A stretch of DNA of 64,000 bases from Isurus oxyrinchus (lineage: Eukaryota): the NCBI GenBank assembly GCA_026770705.1, contig JANJGN010000026.1, forward strand, positions 25,296,001-25,360,000, given 5' to 3'. The notes under the pieces were generated by a model that saw only the letters and a list, made by a program, of their open reading frames with translations, had not been told where the DNA came from and did not search any database. This document shows, piece after piece, positions 62,644 through 64,000 of the stretch. Both the position numbers and the translations under genes were made by a program. Within the stretch, counting starts at the first letter, position 1. Each line of letters starts with the position of its first letter.

Positions 62644-62740
62644 ATCTGTAGAAGGGTCATGAGGATTCGAAACATCAATTCTTTTCTTCTCCGCCGATGC
62701 TACCAGACCTGTTGAGTTTTTCCAGGTAATTCTGTTTTTG
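62644..62740 (+). mobile_element. Single-arm hammerhead mini-element (more diverged)
   Basis: CTGTAGAAGGGTCATGAGGATTCGAAACATCAAT...; possible TSD GTAATAAAT. Confidence 0.8.
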
Positions 62741-62884
62741 TAATAAATGCTGGCCTGGCCAGCAATGTCCAAATCCCATGAACGAATATTTTTTTAAAAA
62801 TGCACAAGGTTCTGTCCTGGATGTGATTAACAGCAGCAGTAGCAGCAGAATCCAACCCCTGTAATCACTTCTGAACTTGGTGTC

Positions 62885-64000
62885 TCAGCAGGTGAGATGA
62901 CTGAGTGAATTCCATCCCACATTCAGAGCAGGTGAGTGGCCTCTCCCGGTGTGAACTCGCTGGTGTCTCAGCAGGTGGGATGCCTGAGTGAATCCTTTCC
63001 CACACTCAGAGCAGGTGAATGGCCTCTCCCCAGTGTGCACACGCTTGTGTTTCTGGAGGTCAGATGAATGAATGAATTGCTTCCCACATTCAGAACAGGT
63101 GAATGGCCTCTCCCCAGTGTGAACTCGCTGATGTCTCAGCAGGAGGCATGACTGAGTGAATCCCTTTCCACATTCAGAGCAAGGAAATGGCCTCTCCCCA
63201 GTGTGAACTCGCTTGTGTGCCTGCAGGTGAGATGAATGACTGAATCGCTTCCCACACTCAGAGCAGGGAAACGGCCTCTCTCTAGTGTGAACTCGCTTGT
63301 GTTTTCGGAGATCGGATGAATTACTGAATCGCTTCCCACATTCAGAGCAGGTGAATGGCCTCTCCCCGGTGTGAACTCGCTGATGTGTCTGCAGGTGGGA
63401 AAACTGAGTGAATCCCATCCCACACTCAGAGCAAGTGAATGGCCTCTCCCCAGTGTGAACTCGCTTGTGTTTCTGGAGGTCGGATGACTGACTGAATCGC
63501 TTCCCACAATCAGAGCAGGTGTACGGCTTCTCCCCGGTGTGAACTCGCTGGTGTGTCTTTAGGTGGGATGAATGACTGAATCGCCTCCCACATTCAGAGC
63601 AGGTGAACGGCTTCTCCCCGGTGTGAACTCGCTGGTGTGTCTGTAGGTGGGATGACTGAGTGAATCCCATCCCACACTCAGAGCAGGTGAATGGCCTCTC
63701 CCCAGTGTGAACACGCTTGTGTTTCTGGAGGTCGGATGAATTACTGAATCGCTTCCCACATTCAGAGCAGGCATATGGCCTCTCCCTGGTGTGAACTCGC
63801 TTATGTGTCTGTAGGTGGAATGAATGACTGAATCCCTTCCCACATTCAGAGCAGGTGAATGGCCTCTCCCCAGTGTGAACTCGCTGGTGTGACTGCAGTT
63901 GGGATAACTGAGTGAAACCCTTCCCACAATCACAGCAGGTAAACGGCCTCTCCCCACTGTGACTACGTCGATGAATTTCCAGCTGCGATGGGTATTTGAA
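62885..64000 (-). CDS. Tandem C2H2 zinc-finger protein, 5'-partial; 12 complete fingers plus 1 partial in the window, terminal finger frameshifted
   Basis: Frame is open from the window edge ([14 protein letters not shown]...) through ORF 62885-63670. Confidence 0.88.
   Translation of the reverse strand, partial: FKYPSQLEIHRRSHSGERPFTCCDCGKGFTQLSQLQSHQRVHTGERPFTCSECGKGFSHSFHLQTHKRVHTRERPYACSECGKRFSNSSDLQKHKRVHTGERPFTCSECGMGFTQSSHLQTHQRVHTGEKPFTCSECGRRFSHSSHLKTHQRVHTGEKPYTCSDCGKRFSQSSDLQKHKRVHTGERPFTCSECGMGFTQFSHLQTHQRVHTGERPFTCSECGKRFSNSSDLRKHKRVHTRERPFPCSECGKRFSHSSHLQAHKRVHTGERPFPCSECGKGFTQSCLLLRHQRVHTGERPFTCSECGKQFIHSSDLQKHKRVHTGERPFTCSECGKGFTQASHLLRHQRVHTGRGHSPALNVGWNSLSHLTC

Overview
Eukaryotic genomic DNA, almost certainly from a cartilaginous fish (shark), judged from the IgM protein sequence and the elasmobranch-type repeats. 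The window has three zones. (1) 1-8 kb: the 3' part of one IgM heavy-chain cluster (end of the J-C intron, CH1-CH4, secretory tail, polyA). It is a pseudogene: broken CH1 acceptor, frameshifts in CH1 and CH3, and no TM exon found. (2) 9-18 kb: a decayed tRNA gene cluster (Glu x4, Thr, Ser, Leu, Val, Lys relics) with duplicated flanks. (3) 22-64 kb: an array of tandem C2H2 zinc-finger genes with no KRAB visible (4 with long ORFs, about 5 relics). Several lie head-to-head around homologous CpG promoters, and one truncated histone H2B is trapped among them. The whole window is dense in CR1, Penelope-like (GIY-YIG), RTE, Copia, ERV/LTR and SINE remnants. The most unusual signal is a young family of 100-250 bp non-coding insertions, several with 10-14 bp TSDs and two fully palindromic. 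They carry a minimal type-I hammerhead-ribozyme motif with a non-canonical core (CUGUCGA instead of CUGANGA), and two copies bracket a ZNF promoter as inverted repeats. All calls are by eye, no searches were run, and repeat boundaries are approximate.
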